Shown: positions 14,201 to 28,100 of the stretch, in pieces | Layout of the letters: each line of letters opens with the position of its first letter | Numbering within the stretch: position 1 is the first letter of the stretch | Assembly (NCBI GenBank): GCA_964276515.1 | Contig: OZ193909.1 | Span: 20,522,001 to 20,586,000 of the forward strand | Length of the DNA: 64,000 nucleotides | Direction of reading: 5' to 3' | From: Gordius albopunctatus | Lineage: Eukaryota | The notes under the pieces: model-generated | What the model was told of the DNA's origin: nothing | Seen by the model: only the letters and a program-made list of their open reading frames with translations | The model's database searches: none | Translations under genes and position numbers: made by a program

Positions 14201-14588
14201 ATCATTATTACCCCCGATAATCTCAATACCGGCTACGTCCATGTAAACACATTTCAAGTATAATTGCCCAATTCAAATTTAAAATGTCGTTTGTATCAAA
14301 TTAAATTTTACATACCTAGTGGAAGTTCCTTTGCGCGTACCACAAATTTCGCATGAGAATGTTTTGGTGGAATTTCGAAAAGTGCAGATGCTACATTCCC
14401 AGCCCCCACCCTCACGACCAGGTGCCGATGGGGGGTCTAGGCTAGCCTTAGGGGTTCGCCCTCTTTTGTTACCGCCCCTTTTTGTAACTCCGAGGGCATT
14501 ATTCGAAGAATCGTCTTCTGAAGCCTGAGATTGTTTACTCGAAGTTGTTTCGTTTATTGGCGATGGCACTTCGTTTTTATCGCCCAAA
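11244..14588 (-). CDS. RYBP: RYBP/YAF2 family protein (RING1- and YY1-binding, variant PRC1 subunit), ~522 aa
   Basis: Phase-consistent exons 14588-14316, 14023-12893 and 11409-11244. RanBP2-type ZnF WECSICTFRNSTKTFSCEICGTRKGTSTR/KPRLNP; C-terminal YAF2/RYBP beta-hairpin motif KTYQVTVNGLTVDITDY. Start codon unresolved. Confidence 0.9.
11612..12639 (+). mobile_element. Internally deleted hAT transposon in RYBP last intron
   Basis: TIR TAGAGACCTGCA / TGCAGGTCTCTA; perfect TSD GACCTAAC; remnants of BED start (RSEVWK ~11938) and hAT dimerisation motif (ASSERCFSS ~12387-12415). Confidence 0.9.
14109..14243. mobile_element. G-run MITE family with CATGGGCGTAGCC TIR (hAT-like; representative copy)
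   Basis: Ends CGTGGGCATAGCC...GGCTACGTCCATG with near TSD TGAACACA/TAAACACA. Relatives at ~20557-20730, 26160-26303, 43242-43329, 50862-51022, 52461-52589, 52641-52800, 57199, 61535-61646 and 62171-62323. Confidence 0.65.
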
Positions 14589-16915
14589 CTAGACGTAAAA
14601 TTTGTTGGAAAAATTATTTATTTATTTATTTCGATAAATTAAAGCTTTAAAAGATTTTTGGAATTTACAACTTTACATAGTTAGAATAGGGAATACTAAA
14701 TATATCTTTTAGAATGTATCAAAGATAAAAAATGCAAAAAATTTGACATCATTGTAATGAATTATTTAACATTAATCATGGTATTAATTAACACGAAACA
14801 ATCAAACGTTTGGGAAGAGCGCATTAATTTTTTTTAAAAACTTAATAAATGCTCGCTTCCTTCAAAAATATCGAATAGTTTTTTACTAAGACAATCAATA
14901 ATAAATCGCCACAGCGATCCCTAATCCAATTTTTATTCCCTGATGGATTCAATGCCCATTCCTAAAGAAGATGAAGAATCGGATAATGTGTTTAATCATT
15001 TATTTATAAATGTTTTCGTTCTCGTATCTTTTTTTAATTCCACTATTTATTTAATACTTTTCTTTAATAAAGCATGTAAATTCTTTATAAAAAACTAAGT
15101 CTAAATTTTTTTAATTAAATGATATCAATTTTATTTGTTCAAAATAAACAATAAAAATGCGTGGTATCTTCATCATTTTAATCAAACATTAAGTTTTGGC
15201 ACAGTTACTAAGATGCGCAGACGATTTTATAAAATAATTGATTGTGTCCGAAAATAAAATTTTTAAATTACCAATTTCAGATTAAGGTTAAAGTAAATAA
15301 AAATGATATTATTACCACAATCCAAATCTATTCCGTCAAATATACTGCGGGAAGAATCTGACTTACAAAAGATAGTTTTTAAATGATAACTAGGGATTAC
15401 TAAAAAGGTTTCCCACAAATACATTATACGCATTCCATGATTATAAAAAAGGACTTGGAGATCGTTTCAGGTAATATTTAAGATTTAATTTAACAATAGC
15501 ATTGTTTTATTAGTTTATGCAAGCTTTGTTTTAATTAGTCAATATAAAAATTAGAAAGCTCAACTACCTCTCCCTCCATCCATAATGTAATAAACGGCTT
15601 CATGAAGTGCGTATAATATCAATCGATATTTCAGCAAAAATAGCAGAGAAGAATGAACGTGAGAAAGACTCATTTTTTGTAAAAGGGGGCTGGCTGGGTT
15701 TTGATTGCACGACCTTTGGTTAAACTAAGAGACTAAGGGATCACTCTGGTCTGCTTTTCAAATTTGGACTAAGCATGGTGGTCCGCTAAGAAAAATAGAG
15801 ACCAAAAACTTTTGCTTTTTTTTATGTTTACAGGAAGGAGTTGAAGAGGGAACGCACGTTAGAACATAGCCGTCGCCGCCTCTTAAAACGACGAGCGTCA
15901 CTTCATCGTTGTTCTGTTTTTGCTCTCGTCGTAAAACAAATATTTATCCCCCTTTAATTACGCTAATTAATGCATAATCATATCATCATATATTTAAACA
16001 AACACAAATATGGCGTCATAAAGTTGAATCGTTCATTAAGAGGGCTCAAAACAGTTAACCTAATCATTCATAATGTTAACCTGGTCAGGTGATGATAGAA
16101 ATGTTGATTAATTTTATTGATTAGAGAGGGTAAATAATTAAAAAAGGCCCGAATATAGCTTCATAACCCGATGTCGCACAAGACACAAGTTTTGACCTTT
16201 GAGCCCACACAACTCGAAAGGTAGGGGGAGTCAAACAAGGTAAAACTTTCGGAATGTCATAACATCCACTAACCCTTGCCTATATTACATTTTGCACAGA
16301 AGTGCTACCTATGTATCTTCTATAGTCAACGTCAAAATAGGCAAACCAAGATTGACTGATGGAATTGACACAGACGATTAATTTTCTATATCATTTCATT
16401 GCATTTTAATATATATTATATCTCTAATATGAAAATAAATATATTTATATACGTTGTTGTAAGGTGTGAATTAAATTTAGGAAGAAAAAATATTCAAGAT
16501 TGACTGGCCCGGCGAAAAGCGACGGATGCAGGAGTGTACGAGAGCGTGTCATTATTAAATTACTATTTTATCATCTCGATAAAAACTCGTTTCGCCATCT
16601 CTAGTCGGGACCTGTGTAAAATTTGCTATCCCCTTCGTTTTTAAAAATATCAAAAAGACGATCAATTTCATTTCTGAAAATGGATTTTAGCACTGATCCA
16701 TTGTTCTTCGATAAAATCCCCGTGGGACTTCGAGAGCAATCGATAGAGCCCAAAAAGCGTAAACCTTTTCAGATATCCAAAAGAGTCAGGGTTTTCTGTA
16801 ATATCTAGTAATATTCAAGCACCGATTAAAAAACCGTAGAAAATTAACCACTTTATCTTCACGCTAGTGTTGTAAAAGGGGCTCGGTGGTTCTGTTTTGT
16901 CCACCTTTAGTTTTG

Positions 16916-17242
16916 CAGTCAAACCGTTTAATTGCAAAGCCTTGGGTATGGGAAAAAATTGGCGATTAAACGATATTTCGCGATTAAACGATGGGAAAAA
17001 AGTATATACTTGCATTATATTGAATATTCATTTCTTACGCTTCGCAATAAATATAATTATCTGGTTGATTTAAGGACTCGACAATGTTTGTGAATATCCG
17101 ATGATATTGTACTATTAAGCGATTTGTCAATAAACGATGTTTTTGTTTATATTATCGTTTGGAAAAAAAACAAAATGGCGGTTAACTTCGCGATTAAAAG
17201 ATTTTTGCGATAATCCGATTTGCGATTAAGAAGTTTCGACTG
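16916..17242. mobile_element. Tc1/mariner-like MITE copy
   Basis: CAGTCAAACC...GTTTCGACTG termini; deletion derivative of 3158-4178. Confidence 0.7.
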
Positions 17243-17996
17243 TAGTTGATGAGTAACTATTTCTCTCAGACGACCTCGAGGCTTTATCGAAATTCGCAAA
17301 AGGGGACCAGAGTCTCCACCGTTAGCCTTAGTAAAACCAAAGAGGTCCACCAAACTCAAGCCAGCCATTTTTTACAAATGTCATACTTTTTGCGATTGAC
17401 GACAAGCTTAAATATCAAAAAGTAATTTTTATGAGCCAATAAAATTTTATTAATAAATTTTGGAATTAAATAAAACATGGACGTAGCTAGGATTGGAAAT
17501 AGAGGGGGGGGGCAATAATGATTTAGAGAGGGGCAAAATGGTATTTTTGTTTATTTTAGCCGTAATTATATGAAATTTTAAAGAATCTACGCTCACGAAA
17601 TAAAGCACATTACAAAATGTGCAATTGTTAGCATAAAATCTCAACAAACTCTGGCTGGGGCCTGCCTCTGTGTGTGTAGGCCTAGGCAGCAAAGGGCACG
17701 ATTTCCCACTTGCATTATTATTATACATCATATATCACAACAAGAAGAAGGTCGAGCCTTCTGGCTCGCACCTTGAAATTTTTGCAAAAATTGTATTTCT
17801 CTGTAAGACTTATCAACTCTAATAAATTATAAAATATTTTATTATCTCAAGAAAATTATATTAAATTATTATTTAGGGAAAATTTATTGATTTTTCAAGA
17901 GGGGGGGGGGAGGTGATCAAAGCATTTATGTCTGCCTAAAGACTCGCAAATAAATTCACCAGTGTGATTTAAGTCTAACATATTCATCAATTGAAC

Positions 17997-18265
17997 GAAT
18001 CTGGTGCAAAATGTAACATGTGCAAAATGTAATATTCGTTTTCGTATTTTAGAAATTGAGACCGGTTTTCACGCATATTCATCCGCATGTAATATGTACT
18101 AAAAAACTACGTAATAAAAGGATACTATGATTGTTAATTGAAACAAAATAAGTTATATCAAAATGTTAAATACATATTATCAAATATATCACTAAATCTA
18201 ACCCTTGCCTATATTAGATTTTGCACATATTACATTCTGCACATATTACATTTTGCACAGAAGTG
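17997..18265 (-). mobile_element. Mutator-like MITE family C, copy 1
   Basis: Termini GAATCTGGTGCAAAATGTAA / TTACATTTTGCACAGAAGTG; TSD AATTGAAC; reverse-complement match to 31152-31382 and 35515-35750. Confidence 0.8.
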
Positions 18266-20789
18266 AATTGAACCCATTGATTTTGCCCCCACGAGGACTA
18301 TTTTTAAGAACAGAAAAAGCGAGAGGAGCTAATTACTCTATAAAATTATACAGTGAAACTTTTGCATGAGCGAGCACCAAACAATCTTGCTGTGTTAAAA
18401 TGGGTAGTATTAATAACTCATGTTTTTTTGAAATTATAAAAGTCATCTGAGTTTCCTCCCCCCTAATCATAAATATTTATAATTTCATAAAAAAATTCTA
18501 AAGGCCCTTTTCTTAAGTTTTTGCAAATAAAACTTTAAAAGGGTTTAATTTGACTTTACCTACTTTAAATTGATCAATATGAATTAAGATATTTAAATTT
18601 GTGTGTTGATGATATCAAATATGGACCCTATGCATATATAATTTTTAGGGAAAATTAGGTTTTACTTTAGTTTACTAGTTAAAAATTTTCATTTTTTTAA
18701 AAGAATATAAAATGTCATTGTGTAAATTTAGACTAATTAAAAATCATCAAATAATGTTAGCAAACTAATAGCTTTTATAAGTATAAATGCAAGCAAATAA
18801 GTTAAGTGAAAAATTAATTTTCAGTATCTAATAATCTATAATAAAAATTAATATATTCATCACCAAAAGACCTCTAAAAATTATTTAATCAAAATCTATT
18901 TAATGTATATAAATAACTTTCATTTTTTCCAACAAGTTATCATAAAATAGTTATAATAGAAAAAAGGCAATTAATTATCATAATAACCTTATTTGAGGAA
19001 TAGAATCATCTAGAGTTGGAGAATTATTGATTTTTAAATTTTTAGATAGCTCTTCCATAGAATAATTATCCCACTTTCTATGCAAAGTAGTATAAAATTT
19101 TCAGAATCTCATTTTCCATCCAATAATTTTGTTTGTTTGCTTCTTTGTGTAATAAAACTAAAGCTGCTAATTCGATTGGATATTAAATCAATAAGAATTC
19201 CATGAGATGATATTTATGATCAATTTTGAGAGTAGATGAATAATAGAATTAACATTATTTATAATAAGAGTTTGAATTTACTATTTCAAAAATACTTTAT
19301 AGAATAATTATCTCAGAAAGAAAAGGGGAAAAATAAAAAAGCTATCATCCTTGAGGGGGGGAGGTGTGAGGGTATATGTGCGCGTTTGCTTTGTAAAAAA
19401 GCTAGTCTCTCTCTCTCTCCTCTATCTCCTCTCATGTTTATTATGTTTGATATCGTGCGCCTAGGGGTCGGAATTTGTCAATAATGTATACGGTCTATTG
19501 GAAAAAATAGCATTTAAAATTATATAGGAAGTTAGATTAAAAAATTATGATAAATAAAAGTAGAATATTTGATATTTAAATCTATTTTATTGAGAAAATT
19601 AAGATATTATTGCAATCATCATATAAATTGGATTGGATTTTAATTGAATTAGAGGCGGGCAGCAATAATCATCATGAGCCAGGTTTTGGATTAGGATTTT
19701 TCTAATTTTTAAGGGTTTTTCCCCTGGCTACATGGCAAAATGATAATTTTTAGCAATTTGATTCATAATTATATTAAATTAGAATTTTTTAGAAGGTGGC
19801 AGCCGCTACGCTCATATGTTTAAAATTTGAATAATAATTATATATAAAGTCATCAACCTTAAGTGGGTTTTTATCTAATCCGACGACGAGCAACCAGCGG
19901 TTTAACTTTCATTAGTAACACTTGTAACTAATACAATTTAAAACTGTACGCAAGGTAAAATTTATTTGACATGACATTACATAATTTTGTTAATTTTCAA
20001 TATCCCCACATATTAAAAATCACAAATTCTATAAATTAGTTATGAGTATTAATTAATATTTATTAAATATTATTGCAAAAATTAAATAATTGTAAAAGTT
20101 GATAAACATCATAAAAAACCACATTATTTCTTATAAATTGAAATATAAAATGAAATTAAATAATTTGAGTAATTTGCTGGCACTAGCAAACCGCGACCCA
20201 AAAGTATTTTAAAATTTTCAACGAGAACCCGACTCGATGTGAGGTCGGTCCGGGTCGGGCCGGGTTTGGATCATCCGTGCAAGTCTCTATATCTAGGTCC
20301 GGTTCCAGCTCGTTTATAGGACATCTAAGTCCCACCATTTTCTAAAGCATTAGGATTCTTAATACTTAGATGAATAGGATCCGCAATCTATGATGTAGAA
20401 TTAGCACAGTCAGTTTTTAAATGAGGATGATTTTAAAACTGCTTTGTATTTTTTTTAGTTTACATATTAATTAATTATATTTTGTTATCATACGCTAGTA
20501 ATATTAACATTCGCAGGTTCAAAAAATGAGGATCTAAAGTAAGCTTAACTCATAGATATGGACGTAGTCAATGGGAGGGGGGATAGGGAGAGCGGTCCTC
20601 TAAATCCAAAAAATTGTTGAAATTCATTAATATTATGGCTAAAATAAAAAAATGATAATTTTTCCCACCCCCCGGTTCCTCTTAATCATTATTGCCCCGC
20701 CCCCTGATCCCAATGCAGGCTATGCCGATGATCATATACTAAATAGACTGCTCATCGGCGTTAAATAAGTATTATAGGGGAGACCAGAG

Positions 20790-21230
20790 TTGTTAGACGC
20801 ACTTCAAAAACCGGTGCGCGCACTCGAACATACAATTTGATTGCACTATAACGAAATCTCTATAAATTTTTTATTTGCTTAATTATTATTAAATAAAAAT
20901 AAGTAACAAGACTACCTTTAGATGCCTAGTCAAATTGAAACAAGATCTGGAAGAAGTCTTGAGTTTGGCATTGCTGCATAAAAGACATTGCACCTCAAAA
21001 TTAAGTGTTTCTATGCTGATTAAGTTTAAACATATTAGCATATTTTGGAAATCAAAAAAATTGTCATGCATGATGTGCTTGCTACATTTATGCTTGATTC
21101 TTCTATTTCCATAACTCACTATCATATTAAAGTGTCATATATAAGCAGTGAGAAAAGAAAAGAGTAAAACATTGGATAAGGAGTACTATGACAACCAATG
21201 CAATAATACAAATTAAAATTAATTAACTAA
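20790..21230 (-). mobile_element. BED zinc-finger-like transposase remnant
   Basis: ORF 20889-21125 contains VQCLLC...TSSRSCFNLTRHLK, matching the BED pattern CxxC...NLxRHL. Confidence 0.5.
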
Positions 21231-22350
21231 TCTATATATATAAAGTAAAGTCTATGTCAGCATTTTTTCAAAAACATTTAATTTTAGTCGGATTTGATGA
21301 CTGTACGCCTAGCATTCGCAATGACAACCAATAAAGCCCAGGGACAATCAATAACCGTTGTTGGCTTAAATCTAGAAAATCCATGCTTTTCGCACGGCCA
21401 ACTATATGTAGCCTGCTCCCGTGTAGGCACACTTAGCAACCTGTTTATTTTCGCGCTGGAGGCTAAAACCACGAATGTTGTATATCCTATGGCCTTGCAA
21501 TGATCCGGCGATGGCATTTGATGCCATATTACCATTTGAACCAAGGAAGCGCTCCTTCGTGTCACACCCGGTGGCACTAGGTACCTTTCGCGTTATATTT
21601 TTTGCTACATCGAAATGCATATTCCCATATTCCCCCCGTATTGGAAACTACCATCAGTATTTATCTCTCAAAAATCCACTAAAATATTTTTACCCAGCTT
21701 CCACTAATGACGCCAAATATGGATTCCACATCGCCCCATACGTGTGACATCATTTTTATCTTTTTATATAATACGTTCTTATAATGTGCATTTGTTATTA
21801 CATAACTTATGCAAGGTCGTGTAAATTACATGCTTCTATGGCCATGTGCTATAAATGGCAGCTCATTAATTTTGATGCCAGTTTTATTAGTTGAGTATTT
21901 AAATTTTTTTTGCTAGTTTTCAATTTTCTTATTTAAATTTTTTAATTTTTTTAAAAAATATTTTTAAAAATTTCTATAGTATGTATGTACAGATGGCACT
22001 AAAGCTGAAATTTATCCACCGTAATTCTGTCTTAATTTTTTTCCATATATAACAAAGTGATGCGAATGATTAAAAAAAGAGTATTATTGAAGATTGGTTA
22101 AGAAAATATAACCAGTAGATCAACAACCCCCCAGGAAACAAGGAATAAAAAGTTTTCTCTCCCCTGTATTCCCCGACAAACTCTTTACCTGTAATTATTA
22201 GTTATTTACGTTTACTTTGCATCGATTGTAAAAATAAGACTACAATTTAGATAAAACTTCTGAAAAAATATTCCCACACACTTATAGTAAGTTAGTTAAT
22301 TTGTCAGACATAATGTATATGGCAAAACAACGTTTGCCAGGATTAACTAT
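21231..22350 (+). mobile_element. Non-autonomous Helitron with PIF1-like helicase C-terminal fragment
   Basis: 5' A|TCTATATATATAAAG; 21294-21503 encodes RLAFAMTTNKAQGQS...CFSHGQLYVACSRV...TTNVVY (Helitron helicase motifs V-VI); 3' hairpin GGCAAAACAACGTTTGCC followed by degenerate CTAT|T. Confidence 0.85.
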
Positions 22351-25135
22351 TTGTTTATATATAAAAACCATCTATTAAATTTATATTCGCAATATGACAT
22401 GTTTAATAATTTATTTAAAAAATTAGGGATCGGAGCTAGTCGGAGAGGGGCTAATGCTAGCCTTTTCTCATTGTACCTTCCCTGATAAAAATAAATGACA
22501 AGATCTATAAAACAAAAATTTTGTTTAATTTAACATATTGTAATTTGGAATAATGTTTTCCATTGTAAAATCTGTCTTTTATTAATACTTAAGAAAATAG
22601 TCATCTTGACCCTCTTGCTATTTGTATATTACATTTGCAATCGCTATGTTCTAATATGAGAAAACAATATTTTTATTGATTTGGGTTGGCATCCACTAAT
22701 AAGAAGTAAAGTAAGAGTGGGCAATGACTAGCACTACGTATTTTTTCTAAATTCTGGAATTTGTGATTTTTTAAAATTCATGAAAAAGCTACGGGTTTTT
22801 TCCCTAATTTTATCCCCTATCATAGAAATCGACTAAAATATATTCCAATAAAAACATTAACTAAACGTTTCTCATCTGTTTTTGGATTAAATTCCATTTA
22901 TTAAACTATCTATACTTTGACAATTGTGTTAATGAAAAATAAATTTTATTTTATTCATCTTCTAGTTATTTACTATTTAAGTCGTTAGATATGTTATGCG
23001 TTGCAATTTTATTATTTCCGAGAGGAGTATGGAGAGGGTAATGATTTATCATATTCTAAATATTCCTTTCTTTGATTCCATATTTATTAATGGTGTGAGA
23101 AAAAATGGAAAATTGAATAAAAAGAGGAATTATAAACAAATTATGGATTATAAGAATGAAAAGAAATATTATAAAATAAGTTTTTACAGTAATTAATGAA
23201 AAACTAAAAGTTGGACAGAACGGAACGATGGACGGGTCGGACGGGTCGGACGGACGACCAAAAACGAGCCCATAAATTAATTCGGGTATGACTGACAATC
23301 AGACATGAACATTGTTGAATAAAAACGGTGGTTCTGGATTGATAACGTTAGTAGAGGGAAATGGAACACAATATTTCGGAGACTTATTGTCCATCATCAG
23401 GGGGAAAAATAAATAAAAATGAATAAAATAATAGGCTGGTCCTAGATTAGGATAATTGGGCTTCAATTTCAATGTTTTTAAATGAATCTGATTCCCTTAG
23501 CTTCATTAAGCCCATGATGTCGAAGATAGCTTGGTTGTTCACAGTGCAGGAATAATTTCATACTTTTCTTTTTTATAATGCGGGGTTCTTGAACGAGTTC
23601 AGGCCTTGGAACTAGCCTTTCCCATAATTCCTTAGCTTCCTCTTCGCCCTCAAACCCTCAATCATTTCAACCCATCTCACCTTCCCACCTCGCCCACCAA
23701 GCTGCTTCACTATTGTTACTTGAACACATTATGAAGGCAATGCTAATTGGGCACTACGCTTGGCTTATGAAGCACATAAGAATATCCAAGAACAAAATCA
23801 GATGGAGCCTTCAGATTTTTTAAAGAGAAAGATGTCATATATTTATATACATGAAAAATGAATCGTTTAATTCCTTATAACTTTTATTTTTATATCATTA
23901 TTTACAGATTATATTATTGCTATAATTCTATGCTTTAATATTGTAAACAAAAGCTAAGGAGGAAAAATCATATGGATATATTTTTCTTATATAATTAAAA
24001 TTTCTTTGTTCTCTTCTCTATGTCCCTCCTCAGCTAATTAGTTCCTAGTAAATATATTATATTATTATTCTCGGCATATCATATTACCAAAATCAACATC
24101 ATATGCTATCATTTATTTTAAAATATGACAATTATAAATTCTATAAAGATAATCATATATATTAATCATCTCATTATTACCATATACTATTCTATATATT
24201 TCTATATTTTACCATATTTATAAAGTTTGTTGATTTATATGGGTTTTTAGACGACGAATACAAAAATATATAAGCGGATTTATTGATAAATAATAAGGCC
24301 TATTAAAAACGTTATCTCAAATAAATGAGCTTATAATTAATGTAATGTTTATTCTGCGAGTTATTATAAATAGGGTAAATATTGCGAGAATCAGTTTTAT
24401 ACATATATCATTTCAAGCCTAACAAGAGTATAGATGGGGTTTTTAAACCTGACTCTCAAGTATTACCGCCTACAAGAAAATTATCTAACCCTAAATTCTC
24501 CATTTTACTCGTCACAAGATCCTAATTTGAAAGGAAAACATTGTAGTCCTTCTTTATTAGTAAATTAATTTATTTTCAACACTATCTGATAAAAAAATCC
24601 ATAAAAAATATTATTTAAGGGGGTAAATATGTTCTTAGAGTACATAATTTTGTATTCGGTAGCCACTTGATTTTTTTTAAAGAATAAACATGCTTTATTA
24701 AAGATAAGTATTAAATTTATAATGGAATTAATAAAAAGATACAAGAGCAAAAAATTTATAAAAAATTGATTAAAACACACATTCCGTTTCTTCATCTTCT
24801 TTAAGAATGGGCATTGAATCCATCAAGGAATAAAAAATTGGATTTAGAGATCGCAATGGCGATGTAGCAACTTGATTTTAGAGTTAGAGAAATTTTATTT
24901 CAATCATGGTAATAAATCATCCCAAAAATAGCTTTTTAAAGGATAATTTTAAATTAATGAGTTTATTATTGTATTTAATGCTTGTAAATTAAATACACTT
25001 GTTTTTGTATTGTAAAGTTTATATATGCCATATGTAATATAACATTCATTCGTTCATAAAGTTTCACCTGTTTTTAACTTCTGCGGTTTTCAAAATGTAT
25101 TTTATCAGATTTTCAGATAAATTATTGTCTTAAAA

Positions 25136-28100
25136 ATGCCTAGCTTGAACGAAACTATATTAAATTGTGAAATAAATTCTATAAATATAAGCTCTGTTCA
25201 GGCACAAAACATTCACTTTTATGGAGGCTCAGAGGAAGGACAATTTGTATTCATAGAAAAAATATCAGATGATCTATTATACAGAAATAAATCACTTCAA
25301 GATAATATACTTATTAAAATAGAAGAAACCCCAATATCTGGTTATAGACTTAAAGATGTTAAAGACTTATTATCTGCCCTACAGAAAACCCATGATATCA
25401 TTCACATGAAACTTGTTCATAATGGTAATTACAAAAAGTTCATTTATTAGAAACCATATTATTAGTTTAATATAAAAAATGAATTTAAATATTGAATTTG
25501 TTTCTTAATTATTTATAGGCCCTTTTTTAATGCTATATCAGAATAACATAATATACTGCTTCCTTTTTCTAATAACTATAATTTTTATAATTTTGTATCA
25601 TAAAACTCAAAATAAATTAATTAGTTTCTTAATATTTTGTGAAAATATATTTGTTTAACATCTTTTATTTTTCATAAATTAGTTAATAAAAATGAGGCAA
25701 AAATTTTATATTTTTTTAATTTTGTTGCATTCAAACTAGTAGACCAATAACTGTTGCATAAATATGATCTATTATATTTTGGCTTCTACTATGGGATTTT
25801 TTATAATCATCTACATTTATATTTCAATCTGGCCAATTTATTTATTGAGTACATTGAAATAACTATTGATTTATCAAATCAATTTCAATTAAATAACAAT
25901 GACCTTTTGTATAGCATGAGGCCACTATTTTATACAAAACCATGATGTATATGTAATATATATAAGGACACCTGGTGAGTGTAGGCAGTATACCTGCAGT
26001 CAAAAGGAGATTTCTTTTGTCAGTAATAATCTTAGTCATTGATTAGCAACAGAAGGTAGGTTATAGGGAATCGGGAGGTTTAGAACCAATTAAAAGAAAA
26101 ATTTATTATTTTACAACATAAAAAATTGTATTTTTTTGGCTTTATTTTATTTTGTAATAAGTCAGGGGGGGGGCAGCTGCCCCTTCTAAATCCAGAAATT
26201 CTGTGAAATTAAATATAATTATGGCTAAAATTTGGAAAAGTACCATTTTGCCCCTCCCCCTAAATCATTGCTCCACACTAAATTCAATCCCGACTACGCC
26301 CGTGTAGTTCTAGTTTGTTACGATCGTTAGTTTCCTTTTCTATGTCTGCGTTATATAATTTTGCCCTAATCTAAGCATCAGATCAAATGCAGAGCCCCTC
26401 GCCGGCCCATGACAGTTTAGGCCTAAGTCGAATTAGAGGTGTGCACTCGGATCGGAGGATTTAGATTTTAAAAAACTCGGATCGGATCGGATGGATATTA
26501 AATTTTTCAAAAACCCCTCGGATCTGATCAAAACACCTCTAATTCGAATAACAACCTGGGCTGCCTCGGGCTCCACCAGATTAAAATTAAATGCGCCAAG
26601 CCGAGCTCCGGCCCAAGCAAATTCATCTTACAGGACTCTAATGTAGTGTTTTAAAAACAGCTGGGCTAAACATAAACCGACCTCAAAGATTTTTTGGTCT
26701 GCTTATGTTTAGTCGACCTCTAGCTTAGTCAGAATTAGAAAACCAGACCAGAGTAGACCGTTAGTCTGAGGTGGGGTGAACTGAAGCCAGCTCTTTTTAC
26801 GAAACTACTCTTCTAATAATAATGTGAGATTTTAAGGTTTTTTTTGATATCATTAGTATTTGTTTATTAAAACTATTTACGGAGATTAAAATTAATTTTA
26901 TTTCTATATACATATTTTGTTGGGGTAGCTGACGTAAAGAGAAAATGTTATCTGTCTTTATACAGCAAGATGCACGTCTCTGAAAGACGTACTCGAGAAC
27001 TAAGACATCGTATAAAGACACGAAGGGGGGGGGGCAGCTGGGCTGGTGTAATATAATATGATTCCTCGAGTAGTAATCGCTATTTATTTGACCTTTATAC
27101 TGACTGGGGGGCGACAGGCAGCAGGACAGCATGACAATTTGGTGACAAAGTCACTTTATCTCTCCCCCCCCCCCCGTCTCTCCTTGTGCATGCATGAATG
27201 GGTTATTAAAGAGAAGAGACCTTTTAGGTAGACAGAAGGTAAATTTCTTATCAGTATTTTTATCACCCCCTGTCTTTGACAAAGTTTGAATTTTAAATCT
27301 CCCCCGGCCCGCAAGTTATAGAGACAATTTTGGACTATTTCATAATTTTATCTCCTATTAAAAATGTGAATTTTTCGCATAAAATTTTGATATAAACTGC
27401 AATGATTTTTATATAAATCATATGTACGGTCAAACAAAACGGTTTAATTGCAAAGCCTTGGGCATGGAAAAAAATTCGCGATTAACCGATATTTCGCGAT
27501 TAAACGATGGGGGAAAAAGTATATACTTACATTATATTGAATATTCATTTCTTACGTTTCGCAATAAAACGATATTTTATATAATTATCAGGTTGATTTA
27601 AGGCTCGAAAATGTTTGTGAATATCCGATGATATTGTACTATTAAGCGATTTGCCAATAAACGATGTTTTTGTTAATATTATCGTTAAAAAGAACAAAAT
27701 GGCGGTTAAATTCGCGTTTAAAAGATTTTTGCGATTAAAAAGTTTCGACTGTAATTTGTGGGAATTTTAATTTTGAAATGTTGAAGCATTCATGAAATAA
27801 AAAGGGTGAAACTTTTCGATAAGGACATTTGGTAAGAAATGGAGACGTACAATCCGCAACCAGACTCGATCAGGGGGTTCGGGTTTAAAAAAGTGCCTTT
27901 GCGTTGGCGTGTCTCAAGTAGAGATGCAGCGATCATTAAATATTATAAATTAAATCGCATCAAAATTTTGTTAGATCACAATTTTGACGATAAAACAATT
28001 GTAATATAATATTGATTTATAATAATAAACTGTGTTATTAATTAATTCAAAAGTATGGTGATTACTATTAACAGATCGAAAAAGAAATTTAAATTTTATT

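Noticed and set aside
13039..14528. Plus-strand ORFs 13039-13245, 13529-13774, 13808-13990, 14319-14528
   Set aside because: Antisense shadows of the GC-rich RYBP exons.
21294..21503. Host PIF1 helicase gene
   Set aside because: Only the C-terminal motifs are present, bounded by Helitron 5' TC and 3' hairpin.
14905..24864. Inverted ~90-bp match (14905-15000 vs 24770-24864) as ends of one giant element or an RYBP first exon
   Set aside because: Diverged, no TSD or terminal structure seen; best explained as dispersed repeat fragments.
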